Assembly (NCBI GenBank): GCA_964106645.2
Contig: OZ067039.1
DNA: 64,000 bases
Source: Podarcis pityusensis
Taxonomy: Eukaryota
Strand: one strand, 5' to 3'
Under the pieces are notes generated by a model, which did no database searches, was not told where the DNA came from, and saw only the letters and a list, made by a program, of their open reading frames with translations. Below, one piece after another: positions 10,346-24,985 of this stretch. Within the stretch, counting starts at the first letter, position 1, and each line of letters starts with the position of its first letter. The position numbers and the translations under genes were made by a program.

Positions 10346-12513
10346 TCCTTAAAATTCAAAAGGAAGGAAGAATCACAAACAAGTTAGGGCTCTAATCATG
10401 TACAAATTAGCTGCAGCTCCCAATTTATTTTCATTTAGCAGGTTTATGCCCTCAAATATACACCTAGACGGTAGACACACAGGCATAAATGACCTTCAGT
10501 GGAGATGCACACACACATATACAAATAGGCATCTGTACATTGAGGCACAGACACTCTGGCACAATTGCATCATGTCATACAAACATATCTATACCCTTTT
10601 GAGTTTGGGCACCTATGCTATGTAGTCAGCAGTACCCACACAAATAGACCATGCTCCTCCAGCAATACTGAGCACACGGATTGATACATTTAAGCCGAAA
10701 TTATTGGATCGATTTTTAAAAAATAATAAAAGTTTCCGTGGATCCAGGCCAGGTACGCTAGATTTGTGGTGAAAAGTACTGTAAAAATGGCGCGCACATA
10801 CACAGGAGTGGAGACCTCTCACTTTTATCCTCTTCCCAGAGGTGGGTGGAAATAGTTTATGTGAAAAATATAGAGGAGGGTCCATTTTAAAATAATAACA
10901 GTAACTTAGAATATCTACTATCTCAATCAGGAAATAAGCTCAGGCAGGAAAAATTAGGCATTGAGAGAGTTTCACTCCCGCATTGACATCAAGCAACTTA
11001 AAATGCTTAAGTCAAGGAGGATCGTGTCCTGAGAAGACCCTAACATAACGTCTGAAGAAACCCCAAATACACACGGCCTGATCCATCACGCTAAAAGTGC
11101 GGAATCCTGTCCTAAACACCGTAGAATCTCATAGGTTTCAATGCCATCTAATAACCATCTTTCAGCCTCGTGTAAGTCAAGGGCCATGATCCTGCTCCTG
11201 CTCCATTCCAAGCAGGGAGAAGGGCTACCTCAGTGCTAACCAAACCGAGTGGAACAACTGCCTGCTTAGAAGCAAATCCCACCAAGTTTAATGGGGCTTA
11301 CTCCCAGGTAAAGCTGGTGTAGGAGTCTAGCCTAAGCCTCGCTGGAAAGTAAAGGGGCGGGTTTTCCACAATACTCTGCTTCAAGATCCGGATGCACGCA
11401 TACCCGGTAGTAAGTTCTCTGGAAATAAATGGGGTTACTTTCCAGGAAACGTGTTAAGAGGACTGAGGAGCAGAATGTCTGAAATCCGAGTTTGGGCTGG
11501 GAAACATCTATTATCCACGCTGAGGAGCGAATGCATGCAGCCATGGATACCGACAGGTAAACATACATAGACACACACCCGGCCCCACACAAATAAAACA
11601 AACCTCTCGTGATTTATCTCCCCTTGAGCTATCCTGATGCGGATCCCGAGATTATTATTTTTCTACCCATTTTAGGAAGAAGTTGTCTCGTGCCCAGCAA
11701 GATGGTTTCCAGATAGAAGAGAACTGCTTACGTTTCAGAAACGCGCCTCTGTGCTTTTTGCCCTCGGAGAATAAACATTCCCACCACCACCACCACCCGA
11801 GAACGACCGTATTTCTTCGGGTGTGGTTGGAGAATATCTAGTGGAAGGAACCAACAAGGCGCTTTCTTAATAACAAGCCTGGAAAAGAGGGGTGGGGGTG
11901 GGAAGCTAAGGAGAGAGAACCGTGACCTTCTCCAGCGTTCCTCGGTCTGGTCCAATATAAATATATAGGGCAGGAGACTCTTCAGACCGATTTGCGTTCA
12001 ATGATCGTGCTGTTCAATATGTTTATATATTGCTTTCTACGTATTCTTTGCTAAGGTTTAAAGCCCTGGCCGTGATGCAACCTTTTTGTCGGTCCCGGAA
12101 ATGTGGTGCGGCGGCGAGTAGATATTGTGTGTTTTCTGCAAGCGGCGCGATCCACAATCCAGCTAAGCCGCAACATGAGGATTTTAATCAGTCAAACATT
12201 AATTACTCCTTGCCCCCCATTCACAGAAACCCCAAACCCCTCAAGCTTTGCGTTGGGTTGAGGTCTACAATCCGGTTTAAAGAGGAAGCCAGAAGCCAGA
12301 CTTTAGGCTTTACTGAATTGTGGATCTTTGTGTCAAAAACTTTTATATCTATCTACCTATCTATCATCTATCCATACATACGCATGGCCTTGTTCCTAAC
12401 ATTAAGAGCCGCGATTAAACACCTTTTAAGTTTTATAGGGTCTCAGCGGGAGAAATCGATCCACTTGCCCTTTCTCCTCTTGAAATCACAGAGCTTTAAA
12501 AGCGAGTAAGACG

Positions 12514-12596
12514 GCAACTCCTGTGCCCACTTACCCGGGAGTAAGCCTCTCTGAGTTCAGGGGGGCTTACTTCTGAGTAGGCATACACAGGATTGC
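12514..12596. mobile_element. Palindromic ~85 bp MITE-like element (representative copy)
   Basis: GCAACTCCTGTG..ACTTACCCGGGAGTAAGCC..TGAGTTCA..GGCTTACTTCTGAGTAG..CACAGGATTGC is imperfectly self-complementary. Confidence 0.75.
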
Positions 12597-15500
12597 TCTG
12601 CAAGGTACAATTGTTTGAAGGTGGAGTCCAACTGAAGTCGACGGGACTTCCTTCAGAGTAGAAGTTCCTAGTATCGGCCCCTATTTCTGTCAGGGATCGT
12701 TCCCCTATCTCCCCCCCCCCCCTTAGTAGTTAACGTCCCATTGAGGTTTATCAAAAGTACAAAACTTCCATAACTTTGCCCCTCCGATTTCACAGAGCAA
12801 CTTTTTCTTAGGAATAAGTCTCGCTTGGAATCGCAACCTCACTTCGCATCTTCTGCGTCTGCTGCCGGAGCGTCCCTTTTAAATTCACACGCAACCTTCC
12901 CGTCCACCCAACACCCCCTCCCCAATTATTCTGGAAATAAACACTGCCAGCCATTAAAGACGTGTACAAACCAAGACTCCTTTTCATCCCCAGGATCTGA
13001 ACCGCTTAGCACATTTCATTCTGCTCCCCTCCGAGATAGCGCCTGCTCCACGCAGAGCCAGGGGCTAATCCAGGCACCTCCATACCCAGAGATCGCTTTC
13101 AAGAGACAGGAGGAAGATATACGGTCGCTCGCAAAGGCCCTTGCAAAGAGAGCTGTTAACTTGGCACTTTAAAAAAAAAAAGAAAAGCTGCTGAATAAAT
13201 TTTATACAACTTTGAAGGCAGCTTTTGGATCTGTTCCCTTTGGAAGTTTTTACACAGAGGCAAATTCCCAAACGCAAAGCTTTAGAAAATGTAATGAAAC
13301 CAAATGGAAACAAAATGCAATTGCAATCACAACTTGTGGCGGGGCGGGGGGGGGGGGTGGAGAGAGAATTGCCTGAAAACTGCAATTTCTTAAACTGGGG
13401 AGACAAGTTGGCGATGACTATCCATAGCAGGCAGACAGATTACCATGTGTATTTTGAAGGGATCCAACCTAAATAACACACACACACACATTTCATGCGC
13501 TGCAGAAGACCCACAGAATGACCTGGCTGTTCCCTTGCAGTCTGACTCATGGCTGTTCGATGTACTTCAATAGGATTTAGGACTGAAGCCTTTAAAGACG
13601 ACGCTATAGCTATCTAGTAAGCCGAATGCAACCTTAAGGGAGACCAAGGACTTGCAGAACAGCCTGAGAGGAGACTTAGACTTTCATACCCATTTTAAAT
13701 AATGTCACGTTTCTCATTACAAACCATTCAGAATGGTGGATTGGTATACCCTGCCCCAAACTTCCTTGGAGGTAAGTTCCAAGGGATGCAGAGCCGGAGC
13801 CGATCCATGGTTACTCGGAAGTAAGACCCGCTGAGTTCAATGAGGCTGGACTTACTCCCAGGTTAAGGTGTCTAGGTTTGTAGGCTTGTTTCTGCTAAGA
13901 TGTTTTGAACGTAGTCTGAGGATGCAGTCAGCCATGTCTTAAATAAAATGCGAGGGATCTAGAAAGCCCAAATCTACTATAAATTAAATGGAATTGCAAT
14001 CTTCCACACTCTTGCATGGCAGTAAGCCTGATCCGATAAAGGGGCATTTGTTGTATGCTAGAGCAGATGTTGGGAGAATTGCAACATCCACGCTCTCCTG
14101 TATCTAAGATTCAGGGTGCAATGTCCCAATCCCAAGACCCGCCAGCTGAACAGCCTTGGAGGCGTTACGTCCTCCACATTTTATTCCCAAGCAGGTCCTG
14201 CTTGCTGTCAGCGGAATCAACTTTGAGGTGTACGCGGGTATTACTCTCAAGTAGAAGCAAGTGCAACCTGATCCTATCCCTGTTTACTCAGAAGAAAACC
14301 CTATCGTTCCCCTCCAATGTGACCAGTGCCCCGTCCCTCAATATTATTAGTAGTAAGTCCCAATGACTTTAGTGAAAGTAGCTTTTATATAAAAGGTTCA
14401 AGAACCAACTGTCCAGTGACTCTGTTATTACCATGCCATGTGATAGTTTTTGTTAGCTGCAGATAGAACTACTAATTAATTAAAGTAGGTCTTTCCCTTC
14501 CTTCTATTTTTTAAAATACCTATCTATCTACAATATTACATACATACATACATACACAAATACACAAGCATTCTCAGTAATCTCAAAAGAAGGGAGGATT
14601 TCCAGGCATCCCTCCATCACGACAGACCCTGGCTAAAAGTTCTGCTTCCAGACTTTAGAGTTCTTGCCAAACAAGTAAATTAACCTGCTGCTCCAAACAA
14701 TCACCCCGAGATGATGTCGCTGCCCAACAACAAGACGCGCGTTCCCTCGTCAACCGACTCTTTGTTCTGCTGTCCAAATTCGGGGTCGTGACCTAGCTTT
14801 GAGCAGAAAAGGCAAACTCGCGAGTAAACATTTTAGGAGGGCTTCTTTAAATATTTATTAGAGGTGCCGTTCGGGAGGATTCGAGGAGGAAGTCAGGCTC
14901 GGAAGCGACTCCCCTCTAGCTCCTTGGTAGGGCCAGAGCACAATCCGCGGGATCGGATGCCTGCTGTGTCCTTCTGGGCGGATGATAACGCCAGTGTTGG
15001 CTGGGTTTGGATGGGTGGATGAAAGGTGGTGGTGGAGGAGGTGTCTTTCTTTATGGGCACATTTTATAAGCATGTTAAGCAAAGGGCCATAGATGGACGG
15101 ATAGACAGACAAATAGGCAGATCTGACTATATACGGTGGTTATAAATCCTTGCTCATTTTTCGAAGGCATGCATAAAGCGAAATGATTCCAACGTTTGGA
15201 AACATAAATATTCTGTTTTACTTCAGTTGCAGACATGCACATTCTACGCATACAATAATATATATATATATCTTTATGTATATCATGCACAAACGCTTGC
15301 ACACACATATAGCAGACGACCGTGTATGTGGAGCGGCTAATAAATCCAGATTGTACATTCAGAGCGAGAGAGAAGAAGGAAAGAGTCTACAAAAAGTTGT
15401 GCTGGGCCCGAATGCTTCCAGTCTTCCGGTTCAAGTGTGTAAAAACTGTTGAAATAATTCTTTGTGACGATGCATCTTAAAGCCTAAACATTATGCTACC

Positions 15501-16814
15501 TTATGGAACCTAAAGGCTGCCTTATTGTTATATGGAAGAGAAAAAACTGTCGTTTTTAGGGGCGCCCCTAGTTTGTTTGGGGCACGACACCCTCTAGCAT
15601 TCGGAAATAGGCCGCGGGCGGAGGGGCTAATGGAGGCCAGGAAACGCTCTGTGGGTCGGGTGGTGTCAGTAGCGGCATCCCCACGTAGGTAAGAAACACC
15701 GGAGGACACTGGAAAGAGGGGGGGGGGGATATTTGCCTTGCCCATGGTTTGGGAGAACTTGGAATCAATGCACTCTTCACTAGTATAATATTTGGCTCTG
15801 GCAGGCTAAGAAGCCTTTAATCTAAAATTCTATTAATCGCCCTTTTCTTATCTCCTCTATTTACAAAACTCTCTTGGCGAGGCTTGTTTCAAAGGTTAAC
15901 TGCGGTTGTTTTCAGCAATGCCTTTTGTCTTCAGTCACTTCGCGTCTCTCCCAAGTCAATGTGAGCCTGGCAGGGGACCACCAAAGCCCGATCAAGCATT
16001 CACAGGATACTCTGCCTTTACGATTGGTCCCATCATGGTGAAGGAGGGCGCGCAAGGATCCTAAACTCAGAAGAAGTAGGTCTGCTTCGGGATCGGTCGG
16101 CTAATATGCAGAAAAAACTCGCCATAAATGGGATTGTGAAGGGTGAACAGAAGAAATGCCATCCCGCAACCGAATCAGACATATAGGGTTCAATCAAAGC
16201 TCAGAATTCTAGCTTCTCTAGCACCGGCGACCAGCCGGGTAACTCTGGGTACTTGGTTATAATAAGCAAGGTGTAAAAGAGATGGCATCTTCCTATGAAG
16301 GAGAAGTGCTGGCTGGTAGGATTTGGCAGGAGGCACCAGAATAAATGTCCATACTAAGCTGTCATCACAACACTGGCATTTCATGAAATGCCAGTGTTGT
16401 GATATTGTGTGTGTGCGCACACACGCACGCATCCCCAAATAAAAAGGAGCACATTCATAAAAGAATGTGCTACTGTTCTTAAAATGGGGGGGGGGGATCT
16501 AAATTCAAAATAATAATTATATTGGGGTCTCTCTCTCTCCTTCTTCTGAGTTGTCTCCCTCTCAGAAGAATTCTTCATCTGGTGCTAACAAGTAAAGGCA
16601 ATGGTTTGGTTTATGAAGGCCTGCAAATGTGGGATGGGATAGAAAAGAACCCATACAAGTTGCATTAACTTGTGGTTTTTTCCTCTGCTCATCCCCACCC
16701 CTTTAGTATCTTATTGTTTCTGGGAGGAGAGGGATAGGAAATTCGGACATTTCATGATTTTACAGGTTTATAAGGTTTATGGACAGGGTCAAGAGTGTGG
16801 ATAGAGACTTAATT

Positions 16815-17060
16815 GTTTTCCTTCTCTCATAATATTGGAACCCAGGAAAAGTGGACTTGTGTCACTTCAGGACAATCAAAAGGACATAATATGTAACTCA
16901 GGCCTCCGTAAAATGGGGGAAGCCCCACTAGATTAGGTGGGTTTTTTAAAAAATGGATACATTCATGGGGAGGGTATTCCTCAATAGCTATTGGTCACAA
17001 TGTAGCTAATGTGGAAACTCCATGAACAGGAGCAGTATATCTCTGAATACAATATACCAG
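16815..17060 (+). mobile_element. Old CR1 LINE 3' fragment
   Basis: TTCAGGACAATCAAAAGG...TTTTTAAAAAATGGATACATTCATGG...CTCTGAATAC motifs; continues ~17270-17340 after the inserted SINE. Confidence 0.5.
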
Positions 17061-17061
17061 T

Positions 17062-17236
17062 AACATAGGAAGCTGCCTTATACCATCAGACCATCAATAC
17101 TGTTCATACAAGTGGGCAGTGGCTTCCTTGGGGTATTCACACAGTGGGCTTTCTCAGCCCTATCTAGAGGTGCTAGGGATTGAACCTGTAGACTTCCAAC
17201 TGCAAAGAATGCGCACTACCACTCAGCTATAGTCCT
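17062..17236 (-). mobile_element. tRNA-derived SINE (Squam3-like)
   Basis: Reverse-oriented head (TAGCTGAGTGGTAG...GGTTCAATCCC) and tail TATAAGGCAGCTTCCTATGT. Confidence 0.7.
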
Positions 17237-18252
17237 ACACCAAATATCCTTCACAAACGTAATTTTCACATTTCCCAGGGGCATCTGAATGGCCTCTGGA
17301 TTAGATGCATTATGGTTCAGCCCTGTTAGGCAACTCTTGGGTTCTGAATGTTCTATTGTTTGAACCATTGGATCTCTAGATCAGGGATGGGCAAAGGGTA
17401 GAGATTTGTCTGATTTGCAGGGTAGCTAAGTGTGGCTTTCTAATTCTCAATATTTTAATAGTAGCAGCAACAAAATGACTTTGGCTACCTAAATTAGGTT
17501 GAAGAAAGGAGCAGGCCTTTGTGTGTCAAGACTATGATCTTAGTTGAATTCTGAAGCTGAAAACCAATTTCTAGACTCAGAATGTGTTCAGAGGCACACC
17601 TGTTCTTTAATCCCATGTGTATTTTGCACATGGCTCTGCTAGGTAGATCTTGGAGATCAAGTTCAGAAAAGGCCAAGTAGATCTTAGGAACCTACGTATG
17701 CCCACTGCTGCTCTAGACAACTTTGGTCTTGTGAGGCACTCACATGAGGCAAGTACACAAAACTGGGATAGCCATAAACTGTGTTTCTCCATTACCCTGC
17801 CTAATAGTGCCAACAATAGTGCCAACAATGTGTGTGTGTGTTATCTGCATCTGATGCACTAGGCTCTTTCAAGGTGTATGTGTCTCATTATATAGCCCTA
17901 TGCACACTGTAGCGACCTATATAAGCACCGTATTATATATTGTTCCATTGCTTTTGAAGATATAGCATTCAATTAGTGGGCGCAATCCACACCAATCAAG
18001 GCGAGTTTTCCCATTGACTTCAAGGGGATGTATTTGGTCCTGCTCATTTTTAAAAGAATGATAAATACTACTATGCAAATGTATATTTTGGCATTTAAGC
18101 TGCAAGTTTTCCTTCCTTCCTTCTTAAAGGGTGAAAGCAGGGGAATCCAGAATAACAAGATGGAAGGTAAATTGAAAAGGAACTTCACTATGCTGAGAAA
18201 AAAGTGAAGCATATATAAGCAAACACACAAAAAATATATATACTGAAAGATT

Positions 18253-18261
18253 GTGTGTGTG

Positions 18262-18324
<63 letters not shown>
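18253..18324. repeat. Compound (TG)n(AG)n microsatellite
   Basis: Direct reading; similar compound arrays at 3635-3690 and 28758-28818. Confidence 0.95.
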
Positions 18325-18327
<3 letters not shown>

Positions 18328-20643
18328 CTTCCTTTTGCGTGTCTGTATTGGATCTCCTAAATAAATATCATGCTTTGTTTTCTGAAGCCTCATTCTTGCA
18401 TAAATCCTCAGAGCTAATACATATGCTTTTCCACAAAGGAAACCAAGCAGCATCAACATTTGGCTCTTGGTTGTTGTTAAGTACGCTTTTTTAACATATA
18501 GAAAAAGGAAAAAAGAAAACAAAGAAAGTGGCCTTTGCCAGAAATTGCTGATGCCATTAACAGAAGGGTGGTTGGCTGTTTGCAAGGAAATACTAGTCTT
18601 TCACTAAAGTCCCAAAATGTTTGGTTTGGTACCTTGCCCATCAAAATAAATCAAGGCGACAGATTAGGAAGTACATAAAACTATATCTCTGGATAATGAT
18701 ATACGAGACCACAATAAATATAAGTTACATGTTGGAGCTGCTGGCAGTTATGGTTAGAAACCCGTAACTCATTCATTTAACCCTGGCGGAATGTTTGTCT
18801 TTTAATTACAATTAAACAGCGTACTTGAACATTTCTCTCTCTCTCTCTCTCTCTCATATGAACTGCATGGAGAGAGACAAGAAGGAGAGACAGAAAGAAA
18901 AAGAGGGAAACTAGAGAAGATAAGAGACTGGAAAAATCCTGAGACATAATTTGCTAACTGGCAGCTTAGGGAGCTAAGCCACGGTACCTTATCCTATAGC
19001 ACTGCGGGGGAGGGGGGCTTGTCGAGAGGGAGAATGGAGAGGGGGTTTGTGGGGGGTTTAAGCGCACACATGTAATTGTGTCTTAAGTTGAAAACATCCC
19101 ATCCAGTTTTTTTATAGGTTTTTCTTTTTTTTTGCAATTGCCCCTTTTCAGAGAATTACCTCTCCAAACAATATTTGAAGCCACTGGAAATAAAAGGGAG
19201 TGGGGAACACAGCGTCTCCACAGCCATCACCACCACCCTTGGCCTCTTGGAAGTCCCATTGCCCATGGTGGGGGGGGGAGGAAGGGAGAGAATTTTTCTA
19301 ACGCATTATTTTGTGGCCACCGAAGCCCCTGTGAAGTGTTTCCTCCACTGCTGCTTCCTTGCTGTTGAAGAAGCATTGGTTTCCATCACCAAAACTTTAT
19401 TTATTTATTTATTTATTTATTTATTCACTCATTCATTAAAAAGGAAGAAATACAACTTATAATCAGTGTGACTTCACACAAACTGGGCGTCAGGGACTCA
19501 CTGGAGCGCTCCCGAGCAAGTCTCTAGGCTCCAAGGAGCTTATGACACCCCCTCCACAAACATTCTCACCTTTCGCCTGACTTCTCCTCCTTCTTCTTGT
19601 CCTCCTCCTCTCAAGAAGATAAGTGAAGAACAATAATCCGGGCATGATTTAATAGTGAAATCGATGCCATTCGAGAGGAGTAGAGGAGCCCAGCCCCTTG
19701 GTGCCATGCCCCAAGTGGGGGCAAGGAAGGAGCACAGACTTTGGTATCAAGAGGCGATCCATCCATTCGGTGGAGCGGGGAGCGATTTCCTGGAAAGCCC
19801 TGCCAAGACTACAGTCTTGAGCTCCCCAGGAGACCTAGGAGCACTGAACATCAAGTCCATCAGGTTTGAAAGAGGAGCCCATGGAAAGACCAACCATGCT
19901 ACTGGTGGTGTGACGATAGGCTTACTACCACCACCACCCGTTCTACCCGCCGAGGCATAGTGTGGAACAGCCAGCAACAGAGAACATTGATCCCTCACAA
20001 CTTTTCTTTTCTAGTTCCTAAGTGCCAGAGGAAATGTAGCTCTTTTGGGCTGTCCCTATAGAAACCATCAAGAGCGCCTGGTAGCACCTGAATAGACTAG
20101 CAGATTTCCCCACTTTACCCCTTTCCACTAAAGGAGACAATTTAAAAAAAAAGAAGAAGAAGAAGAAGCAACCATCGTCGCCATCATAGCTATGCGTTTT
20201 TAAACTGCTTTAAAAGAAAAAGAAAAACTTTTAAAGGAAACTTACTTGGCGTTGGGAACTTCGCTCTTGCCATAGGATAGCCAGCTGGGAAATCTTCCAA
20301 GCTATGGGAAGGCGGGAAAATGAGAAGGGAGGCTTGGCCGAAACTTCACCCTGCCTTCTTTTCTCTGGGGTTATTTTGGTGACAACACAATGAGATAACA
20401 CGCATTGAATCTGCCCAAACCCTCACTCTCTCCCGGCCGCCCTCCCCACCCACCCGGCCTTCTATTACTATGGTAATTAAAAAAAAAAAAAAAAAACCAC
20501 CACAAAAAAAGTCCAAACAGTGGCGATGCCTTTAAATGTGTGTAGGGAGCAGAGAAGGTACACGTTGGGAGACTTAACTCAGGTCACTGGGGGCTCGGAG
20601 GTCAGCCTGAGTGGCTAGAATAAAACTGCTGGCGTAGAAAAGT

Positions 20644-20660
20644 TGTCCTCTGGGTGAACC
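20644..20660 (-). promoter_or_regulatory. DR5 retinoic acid response element 3' of HoxC4 (neural-enhancer type)
   Basis: Minus strand GGTTCA cccag AGGACA, the same form as the 3' neural-enhancer RAREs of Hoxd4/Hoxb4; ~3.5 kb downstream of the stop codon. Confidence 0.85.
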
Positions 20661-23364
20661 TACTTTCCACCACCCCCCTTTACCCGAACTTCAATAAAGT
20701 AGCTTTCAGGCTCTCAACATGGAGGCGTCAAAAAGCTTTAAAAAAAAGAATGGGGAGAGAAAGAGCAAAATGGGTGAAGAGAGACGGTGGGGCAGGCTGT
20801 ATCTCATCACCTCCCCCCCCCCCGTTTCTTTTGCCCCTGCTGCCTGCCTTTATAATTCATTCATAATCTCCCTACCCTGGAAGAATTGTGTCATGGCCAA
20901 GTCTAAAGGCCAAATCAGATGCTGAAGAATCAGAATTATTAAACCAGAAACAAAAACGAAACAAAACAGGAGGGTGACAAGATTGCAGAAAGTAAACACT
21001 GAAGAGAACTCCAGGAGGAAAATAAATAAAATAAAGTTGGGGGGGGTAGAGAACCGTGGAAAGGAATATATGGTCATATATTTAAATATGAAGTTACTGA
21101 GAGGGTGCTGGTATTTTTAATTGAATATGCAAACTATACAGTTGCAAATGTGATTGATGCCTCCTTTTCCGGGCTTCCTAGGCAGACACAGAGAATGCAC
21201 GCAACACAAAGTCCTATCATATTCTTCCTGATTCTCTCACAGACACTTGGTTATAATTTATCAAGTTCTGCAGGCAGGGTGTGTGGGTGTGAAACTTAAA
21301 AAAAAAAAAAAGTTTAGCACAGCTACACACTCACACATAGTTTACCAAGTCACTACCAGTAGAAGCCATTGTAAATTTCACACGTGTGTGTGTCAGAGTT
21401 TGAAGATCAGCTTTGCAACATATGGCCATTCAGTTGGCAGCACCATTATTCCTAGGTTAGGATTCCCCCCTCCCTTTGTTCACTTTACCATTTATATGCA
21501 CAGAGTGCGTGTGTTTGTGTGGGTGTGTAAAAAAATGGGGGGGGGGGAGACTGGTTGCTGTTCTCTTTTATCTTACCCTAGCAATAGAGTAGGGAGACTA
21601 AGTCTGTGTAACAGAAGGGCAGATAAACAAGCAGACAGACACCTGGGAGATTTAACTTGCAGCCCTATCTTTGCATGCTTACTCAGAAGTAAATCCCACT
21701 ATGTTCAGTAAAGGTATTCTCTAAAATAAGTGAGTGAGATTCCTGTTTCCCCTCACTTGACCTAATGTAGTAAGGGTGAACAAGCAGGCCCAAGAGTGAT
21801 AAGAAAACATTCAAAGCAATTGCTAACATGCAAACTCAACATTCCCCTCGCTTGCTTCGAAAAACTGGAATTGTGAAAACACTGTTAAAGGTTTATGACT
21901 AGCTATTATGTTAATGAATGGATTTATTTCATACTATGCAAAAGGAGATGGAGTTTCTTCAAAGGAATACTACTAACAGGCAGAGAAGAGTCATCCTGAT
22001 TGGTTGATACCCATGACACTTTGACCATTAGCTTCTAAACTGATCTGGATTACAGCCACTATGTGTAATTCTGGCCTGCTTAAAATCAATAGAAGTTCTG
22101 CATTAACTTGAATGAGATGTAGATCGCTGCCATAATCTGTATCTTGTCAATCACTTCCTACCTCCCTGCCTCTTCCTTCTACCATGGGTGCTGAAAAGAT
22201 CTGCTTGTCTTGATAACTGAGGGAGGGGGCAAGATAAAGTGAGGGAACCAACTCCCCTTCAAACCCCCTGCCACTTTTCAGAACTTCTGCTTCCACCTCC
22301 AGTATATAGTTGCCTGGCTGTTTACTGATACCCATAACAGGGAACTGCAATACAGCTCAACCCACAACTTAGTTCTGTGTAAGCAGACTATTAAAGGCGC
22401 CTGAAATTTCATTGAAATCAATAGCAAATAAATTGGACTAGATCCTGCTACTTCAGACTAACTGGTTTCTAGTTTGGGGTGCTAGAATATTTACAAAATA
22501 CAACTAAACAACATTAAACAAGCCTCTAAGAGAGGTATAAACGAAAGCACACTTCAGTCACATGCTTTGCCACTCTGAGGCGAGGACAGTAGAAAAATGT
22601 GAGTTGTAAAAGGAACTTGCTAATCTGGCTGTCTGTCTATCTACCTATCCACACATATAAATAGTACATACTAAAAGTGCTCACTGTGCAAACACATCTG
22701 TATTACACTCTTCCCAGCCACCCTTTCTACTTCCCTCGGGGATGTAAACAAATCCTGAATTCTCTATTATCCGTCTCTATAAAATACCTACAACAGTGAC
22801 AATGTTAAGCATTTATTCAACGTACAGGAATAGGGGCTTGTTAGCTATACAGGCAGTAGAAGGAGGGGTAAAGAAAGCTCCAATATTTTTATTATTATTA
22901 CTACTACTAAAGAAATGGATAGGAGCTCAAATACAGGAAAGGACAGGTGCATTTTTAAAAAATAAACAACAGCAACACAAACCCTGATTTCTATGGACAG
23001 GTCTTCTACTAAAATGCACATTTACACCTCCCAAGGCTAGGACTTCCTAGTAGAATCTGAGGTCAAACATGCTGTGATGTCACAGGGTACAGTGGGTGCA
23101 AGCCACAGTCCCTAAAATCAATGGGAGATTTGCCACTGACTTCAGTGACATGCACTACGGTGCTGGTAGCCTTGTATTTAAAATAACAAAAAACCAACCA
23201 ACCCAAGCTTCTTAAACTTAGCTGAGAAAGTATCCACAGCTCAAGAAATCAGTGTTACACGTTTCCACCCCCCTCCCCCACGTTTTCCCTATATAGTATG
23301 AAGCAAAGAAGAAAAATAACTCACCAGACATTCCAAAGTCAAATCTGTGTCACACTCACTGGTT

Positions 23365-23411
23365 TTTATTGAACAAGGGGACTTTCACATATACACTAAA
23401 ACTCTTTTATT
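23365..23411 (-). terminator. Probable HoxC4 polyadenylation signals
   Basis: Two minus-strand AATAAA (23406-23411, 23365-23370) ~800 bp after the stop, followed by GT-rich sequence. Confidence 0.55.
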
Positions 23412-24205
23412 GCAAGTTTACAATGTTCATGTCAAATCATGTCCAAAAAACACAAAGAACCACGACAAAACGGGGGAAAAAATCTACCTACTGACTTTTC
23501 CTTCCAACTTTCTCGCTGGCTCGCTTCCTCTCTCTCTTCCTTTGAGTCCTTCTTCACATTGAAATAAACCGTAAGTTTACCAGCTACTATTAGCTCCTGT
23601 GCTGTTTTTTCCCCTTGTTTTTTTAATTTAAAAAAATCTTTCTCCTACATTTATACCAAAAAAAGGAAGGAAAAAAGCCTTCAATGGTCCATTTTTTTTG
23701 TTCTCCATTTGTAAACGCACAGAGCAAAATAACTACATTCTTCCCTTGCCTGTGTAATTATTAGCATATGCCCCGATTTTTCATCTAAAACAGAACATTG
23801 TGTTCCCCACCCCAACATACACGCACAGAGACACACAGACACACACAGACACGCATAGCTCATCCTTCCACTCCTTCCCTTTTTAAAAAATAAATAAAAC
23901 CCTGAAAATTGCGTTTTAAAAAAACAAAACAAAACCAGCAGGTATTTCACCTGACCTCTCATGCTAATAATACATGCACCTAGAGCTTGAGATCTTTGCG
24001 GAAGACCTCATTCTTTTGTGTGTGGGTTTTTTTCCCCTCTCTCTTTTTTTCTTCTTAATATATTTAAGCACGGGAAAAACTACGAGGGAAAAAAAGAACC
24101 AAAATATATAGATATATATTAGATTCTATAAATAATCAGAGTCATATTTTTTTAATGGGGGTATTTGTTTGTTTGTTTTGCTTTTGCTTTTTTTTGTTTG
24201 TTTGT

Positions 24206-24558
24206 TTATAACCTTGTAATATCCTCTGCTCGTTGGTCCTGAGATGAGCTTTGCGAATGTTCTTCGCTAGCAACCGCGTTGGAAGAAGCAGGAATGGAAC
24301 TGGTGGAAGAATTGGTAGGAGCCGTAGATCTCACTTTGGTATTGGGCAGCCTGTGGTCTTTTTTCCATTTCATCCGCCTGTTCTGAAACCAAATCTTGAT
24401 CTGTCTCTCCGAGAGACACAGGGAGTGGGCGATTTCGATGCGCCTCCGCCTCGTCAGGTATCTATTATAGTGGAACTCTTTTTCCAATTCCAAGACCTGC
24501 TGTCTGGTGTAGGCAGTCCTGGATCGCTTGGGCTCGCCTCCATTGTAATTGGGGTTCA
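24206..24558 (-). CDS. HOXC4: Homeobox protein Hox-C4, coding exon 2 (homeodomain)
   Basis: Acceptor CAG|TG, then [35 protein letters not shown]...[14 protein letters not shown]...QRAEDITRL*, the HoxC4-type C-terminus. Confidence 0.98.
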
Positions 24559-24884
24559 CTGGGGGGAAAAACACCCAAAGATGAGCATGAATACAGAGAC
24601 AGAGAGAAAGGCAGGGGAAGGAGAGCGGAGAGAGAGATGCACAGGGAGAGAAAGACAGATCTCCAGTGGCTCAGGGGAAAGAGAGAGGGGGAGAGAGCGA
24701 GAGAAAGGGGGGGAGAGGAGAGAGGGGAGAGAGAGAGAGAAAAAAAGTCATCAGCTAAATGGGTTATAAAGAACCCAAGACTTTCTCTTCTAATAAGAAG
24801 GGGTTTCCCTGGCTTGAAAAGAGCCTGAATTATTTATGCACCCCTCGCGAAGCCTTTTGGAGTTTCACACATACATAACAGAAC

Positions 24885-24985
24885 GAACCACATGGCTGGG
24901 GCTGCCCAGACTAGCTTGGCTATAAAATTTATGGTGGGTGTAATTACCCACTCGGAGTCGTAAATCCAGCTCAATTGTGCTAACC
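24885..24985. promoter_or_regulatory. HB-1-like conserved intronic element of Hox4
   Basis: Clustered TTTATGG, TAATTA and TCGTAAA homeodomain/Cdx sites embedded in an otherwise GA-repetitive HoxC4 intron. Confidence 0.7.

Noticed and set aside
24251-24769. 172-aa plus-strand ORF
   Set aside because: Antisense to the HoxC4 homeobox and a purine-rich intron; no independent coding signal.
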